Assembly: GCA_022640915.1 (NCBI GenBank)
Contig: JALCCT010000007.1
Span: 23,482 to 87,481 of the forward strand
DNA: 64,000 bases
Direction of reading: 5' to 3'
Source of the DNA: Bifidobacterium sp.
Lineage (GTDB): Bacteria > Actinomycetota > Actinomycetes > Actinomycetales > Bifidobacteriaceae
The notes under the pieces are model-generated. The model had not been told where the DNA came from and searched no databases. It saw only the letters and a program-made list of their open reading frames with translations. Position numbers and translations under genes: made by a program. This document shows, in pieces, positions 59,309-64,000 of the stretch; position 1 is the first letter of the stretch; every line of letters starts with the position of its first letter.

Positions 59309-59836
59309 ATGGGATACGAGCAGGAGGCCTTTGAGCGGTTGCTTGTCAACGTCATGAACAAGCGCTCGCTTGCGGCCAAGTATTACTCGCGGTATGGCAG
59401 CGGCGAGCCTTTTGTACTGCGCTATCTGCGCAAGCATGGCACGGCGACTCCGTCACAGCTCGCTTCGGCGCTGCGATCCAGCTCGGGGCGCATCTCCGCG
59501 GTGCTCGCATCCTTGGAGAAAAAAGGCTTCGTCACGCGCGAGGTCGATGCCAAGGATCGGCGGAATATCCTCGTTTCGATCACTGAAGCCGGGCTTGAGC
59601 AGTCGCTCAAAGATCGCGACGAAGCCCGATCGGCGATCTGTTGGATTTTCACGCAGATGGGGGAGCGGCGGACGCGGGACTTCGTCGACCTGGTCACCGA
59701 ATTCCATGTCTACATGTCCATTTGCAAGCCAGGAGAGCCGCGGCCGACACCGGAGGATATCGGGAAAGCCTTCGCCGGGATTGATGAGGAGAGACAGACG
59801 GAGGCCGATCGGGTAAACGGGGATGAGCACGAATAA
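59309..59836 (+). CDS. MarR-family transcriptional regulator
   Basis: TPSQLA..L..SSGRIS.VL.SLEKKGFVTR..D.KDRR...V.ITEAG. Confidence 0.9.
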   Translation: MGYEQEAFERLLVNVMNKRSLAAKYYSRYGSGEPFVLRYLRKHGTATPSQLASALRSSSGRISAVLASLEKKGFVTREVDAKDRRNILVSITEAGLEQSLKDRDEARSAICWIFTQMGERRTRDFVDLVTEFHVYMSICKPGEPRPTPEDIGKAFAGIDEERQTEADRVNGDEHE

Positions 59837-60042
59837 GTGCGCCCGAGTGGACGTAGTGCCGCAAAATACGCGCTGGGCGGATTTCGCATGATTGTACAGA
59901 AAACGGGGTGTCTTCTCAATTGCTACGTATATTATCTAACACCGTAAGAAATTTATATTCGAAGCGAATCAAGAACGCATAGCCGTAAGAACATAAGACT
60001 TACGATACTTTAATCTTCATAGCCATCAAGGAAGGATAGCGC

Positions 60043-61938
60043 ATGCTGCGCATCTGCAAATATCTCTCCAAATCGGAGATCGGGCAGCTGCTGATCGGGC
60101 TCATATTTATCGTGGGTCAGATCTGGTTCGATCTCAAACTGCCGGACTACATGTCCGATATCACACGGCTCGTGGAAACCCCGGGCAGCAACATGCACGA
60201 CATCTGGGTTGCGGGTGGCAAGATGTTGCTCATATCGCTGGGCTCCGTGCTATGCGCCATCGCAACCGGCTATGTCGCGGCGCGAGTCGGCGCCTCGTTT
60301 AGCCAGCGTCTGCGCTCGCTCGAATTCCGCAAGGTCGAGTCCTTCGGCCCGGCGGAGATGAACCGCTTCTCCACGGCTAGCCTCATCACCCGTTCGACCA
60401 ACGACATCACACAGATTCAGATGTTCGTCACCATGGGTTTGCTGCTGCTCGTCAAATCGCCAATCATGGCGGTGTGGGCCGTATGCAAAATCGCAGGCAA
60501 AGGCGTGGATTGGACGGTGGCAACCGCCGTCGCCGTCGGCGTGCTGCTCGTGGTCATCGGTGTGCTCATGACCATGGTCATCCCCAAATTCCGCAGCATG
60601 CAACGGTTAACCGACAATATCAACCTCGTCGCTCGAGAGAACCTGACTGGCCTGCGCGTCGTGCGCGCCTACAACGCGGAGAGCTATCAGGAAGCGAAAT
60701 ACGACAAGGCCAACGCAGAACTCAGCGACACCTACCTATTCACCAACCGCGCGATGTCGGTGATGATGCCGCTGATCAACACGGTTATGAACGGCCTGAT
60801 GCTCGCGATCTACTGGATTGGCGCCTATCTTATCGATGCGGCAGGCATCCAAGACAAGCTCACGCTGTTTTCGAACATGGTCGTTTTCTCCAGCTATTCG
60901 GTGCAGGTCATCATGAGCTTCCTGCTGATGAGCATGGTGTTCGTGCTGCTACCGCGCGCCGACGTGTCCGCGAACCGCGTGCTCGAGGTGCTTAACACTA
61001 ATCCGTTGGTGACGGACGGTGCGAAGAAAGCTGCGGGTGCGGCCGCTGTTGCAGCCGGCGCTGTTTCCACCGCCTTCGCGCTAACTGCACCCAAAGGCAC
61101 GGTCGAGTTCAAGGACGTGAGCTTCGCCTACCCGGACTCGCGTGAGGCGATGCTCGAAGGCATCACGTTCAGCGCGCAGCCGGGTCAGACGGTTGCCTTC
61201 ATCGGCTCGACTGGCTCGGGCAAGTCCTCGCTGGTCAATCTCGTGCCGCGCTTCTACGACGCGACCAGAGGCCAGGTACTGGTCGACGGCGTGGACGTGC
61301 GTGACTACCCGCTCAAAGATCTTCGCGATAAAATCGGCTACGTGCCCCAGCAGTCGGTGCTCTTCAAAGGCACAGTAGCTTCGAATATCCGCTACGGCGA
61401 CCGCCCGCAGGATTCCGCCGACGTCGAGATGGTCGATACGTCGAGTATCAAGGGGCGCAGGCGTGAGGCCGAGCTGATGAAGCATGTGGATGACGTGCAA
61501 GACCTTGGCGACGAACAGCAGGTTCACGCCGCTGCCGAAGTTGCGCAGGCCAGTGAATTCATCGAAACCATGGATGGCGCCTATGACGCCGCGATTGCGC
61601 AGGGCGGCTCGAACGTTTCGGGCGGTCAAAAGCAGCGGCTTTCCATCGCCCGTGCGGTGTATCGCCATCCGGAAATCCTGATCTTCGATGATTCTTTCAG
61701 TGCGCTGGATTTCAAAACCGATCGCGCTGTGCGCGAAGCTCTGAAACGGCAAGCCAAGAATTCTACGAAATTGATCGTCGCCCAGCGCATCGGCACGATC
61801 ATGGATGCCGACCGCATCGTCGTGCTCGATGATGGCAAAGTGGTCGGGCAAGGCACTCATCGTGAGCTCTTGGAGAGCTGCAGCGTGTACCGCGAAATCG
61901 CCGAATCCCAGCTCAGTGCCGACGAGTTGGCCGCATGA
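60043..61938 (+). CDS. Heterodimeric ABC exporter subunit A (degenerate catalytic site)
   Basis: SLITRSTND, GSTGSGKS, VSGGQKQR, IFDDS, VAQR. Confidence 0.92.
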   Translation: MLRICKYLSKSEIGQLLIGLIFIVGQIWFDLKLPDYMSDITRLVETPGSNMHDIWVAGGKMLLISLGSVLCAIATGYVAARVGASFSQRLRSLEFRKVESFGPAEMNRFSTASLITRSTNDITQIQMFVTMGLLLLVKSPIMAVWAVCKIAGKGVDWTVATAVAVGVLLVVIGVLMTMVIPKFRSMQRLTDNINLVARENLTGLRVVRAYNAESYQEAKYDKANAELSDTYLFTNRAMSVMMPLINTVMNGLMLAIYWIGAYLIDAAGIQDKLTLFSNMVVFSSYSVQVIMSFLLMSMVFVLLPRADVSANRVLEVLNTNPLVTDGAKKAAGAAAVAAGAVSTAFALTAPKGTVEFKDVSFAYPDSREAMLEGITFSAQPGQTVAFIGSTGSGKSSLVNLVPRFYDATRGQVLVDGVDVRDYPLKDLRDKIGYVPQQSVLFKGTVASNIRYGDRPQDSADVEMVDTSSIKGRRREAELMKHVDDVQDLGDEQQVHAAAEVAQASEFIETMDGAYDAAIAQGGSNVSGGQKQRLSIARAVYRHPEILIFDDSFSALDFKTDRAVREALKRQAKNSTKLIVAQRIGTIMDADRIVVLDDGKVVGQGTHRELLESCSVYREIAESQLSADELAA

Positions 61939-62026
61939 TGCCGCGTACGTTATCGGCACGATTCGCAGACGCGCGAATAAACACGCATATGGGTAAGCAC
62001 AGGGTTGCAAGCTGTAAGGAGAAATA

Positions 62027-63871
62027 ATGCCAGGACCACATGGACCAGGAAACGGCGCAGCCGTCGAACATCCTGAAGACTTCGGGCAGACGATGGGCAA
62101 GCTCATCCGATTCTGCCGCACATACATTCCGGCCATGATCGTCGCGCTGGTGCTCGGCGCAATCGGCACAGTCTTCCAGATCATCGGGCCGAATCGACTG
62201 CGGGATATGACCAACGAGATTGTCAAAGGCATGCCAGCCATCGTGAATGGCAAGCCGATGCTGAACGCCATTGATTTCGGCGCCGTCAATCGCATCGCCT
62301 GGATTCTCGTGGCGCTTTACGCCGGCAGCGCGCTGCTCAACTACGTGCAGTCATGGATGATGGCGACCGTTACACAGCGTACCGCGCAAGAGCTGCGCGG
62401 CGCGATCAGCGTGAAGATCAACAAGCTGCCGCTCAAATACTTCGATAAGACCAGCTACGGCGACATCCTCTCGCGCATCACCAATGACGTGGACGCCATA
62501 GGCCAGACCCTGGGCCAGTCCATCGGCGCGCTGATTACCTCCATTACGTTGTTCTTTGGCTCGCTTGTTATGATGTTCGCCAATAACGTGCTGCTCACTA
62601 TCTGCGGCATCGTCGCGAGCCTGATCGGCTTCGCGCTCATGATGATCATCATGAAGTTCTCGCAGAAGTATTTCGTGCAGCAGCAGAAGGCGCTGGGCGA
62701 TGTCAACGGCCACGTCGAGGAGATGTACGCTGGCCATACCGTGGTCAAAGCCTACGGCGGCGAGGCGGACTCCATCCGCACTTTCGAACGTTACAACTCC
62801 GACCTGTACTCTTCCGGCTGGAAGAGCCAGTTCTTCTCGGGGCTGATGATGCCGCTCATGATGTTCGTGGGCAACCTCGGCTTCGTTGTGGTGTGCGCGG
62901 TCGGCGGTGCGCTCGCGCTGAACGGCAAGATCGAATTCGGCGTGATCGTGGCCTTCATGATGTACATTCGCCTGTTCACTCAGCCGCTCGCCCAGTTCGC
63001 CACCGCCTTCCAGAATCTGCAGCGCTGCGCCGCTGCTTCCGAGCGCGTGTTCGGCTTCCTCGAAGAGCCCGAGATGGCCGATGAAAGCGTCAAGCAGCCG
63101 TTGCTCGGCCGCGATGCCGCAGGTAACCCCGTGCGTGTGCGCGGCGATGTGGACTTCGCTCATGTGAGCTTCGGCTATTCTCCGGAGAAAACCATCATCC
63201 ATGACTTCTCCGCCGCTGTCCGGGCCGGGCAAAAAGTCGCTATCGTCGGGCCTACCGGCGCCGGCAAGACCACCATGGTCAATCTGCTCATGCGCTTCTA
63301 CGAGATCACTGGCGGTGTAATCTCCATCGACGGCATCGACACGAAATCCGTGCCGCGCGCCAACGTGCACGACCAGTTCTCGATGGTGCTGCAAGACACC
63401 TGGGTGTTCCAAGGCACCGTGCGTGAAAACATTGCCTACGCGCGCACAGACGTCGGCGATAAGCAGGTCATCGACGCGTGCAAGGCGGTCGGGCTGGACC
63501 ATTACATACGTTCGCTGCCCAAGGGCTACGACACGGTGCTCGATGACAAGGCCTCGCTTTCGCAAGGCCAGAAGCAGCTGCTCACCATCGCGCGAGCCAT
63601 GGTGCAGAACGCACCGATCCTGATTCTGGACGAGGCGACATCCTCAGTCGATACTCGCACTGAAGAGCTCATTCAGAAGGCCATGGACGCTCTGACTGTC
63701 GGCCGTACGAGCTTCGTGATCGCGCATCGCCTCTCGACTATCAAGAACGCCGATATGATCCTTGTGATGGATCACGGCGACATCGTCGAGCGTGGTACCC
63801 ACGACGAGCTGCTCAAGGCCAATGGCTTCTACGCCGGCCTTTACAATAGCCAGTTCGCGCTGACAGACTGA
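62027..63871 (+). CDS. Heterodimeric ABC exporter subunit B
   Basis: GPTGAGKTT, LSQGQKQ, LDEATSSVD, IAHRLST. Confidence 0.92.
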   Translation: MPGPHGPGNGAAVEHPEDFGQTMGKLIRFCRTYIPAMIVALVLGAIGTVFQIIGPNRLRDMTNEIVKGMPAIVNGKPMLNAIDFGAVNRIAWILVALYAGSALLNYVQSWMMATVTQRTAQELRGAISVKINKLPLKYFDKTSYGDILSRITNDVDAIGQTLGQSIGALITSITLFFGSLVMMFANNVLLTICGIVASLIGFALMMIIMKFSQKYFVQQQKALGDVNGHVEEMYAGHTVVKAYGGEADSIRTFERYNSDLYSSGWKSQFFSGLMMPLMMFVGNLGFVVVCAVGGALALNGKIEFGVIVAFMMYIRLFTQPLAQFATAFQNLQRCAAASERVFGFLEEPEMADESVKQPLLGRDAAGNPVRVRGDVDFAHVSFGYSPEKTIIHDFSAAVRAGQKVAIVGPTGAGKTTMVNLLMRFYEITGGVISIDGIDTKSVPRANVHDQFSMVLQDTWVFQGTVRENIAYARTDVGDKQVIDACKAVGLDHYIRSLPKGYDTVLDDKASLSQGQKQLLTIARAMVQNAPILILDEATSSVDTRTEELIQKAMDALTVGRTSFVIAHRLSTIKNADMILVMDHGDIVERGTHDELLKANGFYAGLYNSQFALTD

Positions 63872-64000
63872 GGCGTAGGTGGAGCGCCTGGTGAGCTTTC
63901 CGTAGGCGAAGTAGCTATTGCGCAGTGAAGAACGTTCCTGGGAAGTCGTGGCTGGCGACCATGCGGCGGTCGGCGAGGAGCTGGGCGCATGAGAAACCGG

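Overview
High-GC actinobacterial chromosome segment, most likely Bifidobacterium (inferred from ftsY-amtB-glnK-glnD and fba-purA-ClC synteny, bifidobacterial-type sugar loci and the IS type). About 1-25 kb holds a heterodimeric ABC exporter and a carbohydrate island (GH127, ABC sugar importer, FN3+BNR propeller, GntR, SGNH-like protein, two LacI, GH35, DUF624, GH43, GH27, GH51). The island is partly decaying: the GntR has a nonsense codon and an ABC operon is collapsed by an in-frame deletion. About 25-54 kb is mostly housekeeping (tatD, kup, ftsY, amtB-glnK-glnD, map, fba, purA, ClC, liv ABC, ilvC). About 54-64 kb holds a TPP-riboswitch operon (YkoE-like S component plus a signal-less NMT1/THI5-fold protein), a frameshifted IS3-family element without target duplication next to a doubly truncated low-GC radical SAM/SPASM gene, and a MarR with a heterodimeric ABC exporter. 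No CRISPR array, rRNA or complete tRNA was seen. The most unusual signals are a 1.6-kb G+T-to-A+C strand-skewed single-gene unit whose polarity matches the IS, a candidate multi-pseudoknot RNA upstream of kup, the incomplete thiamine-related module, and a perfect 15-1-15 Fur/Zur-like box before map. All calls come from motif reading by eye; no searches were run.
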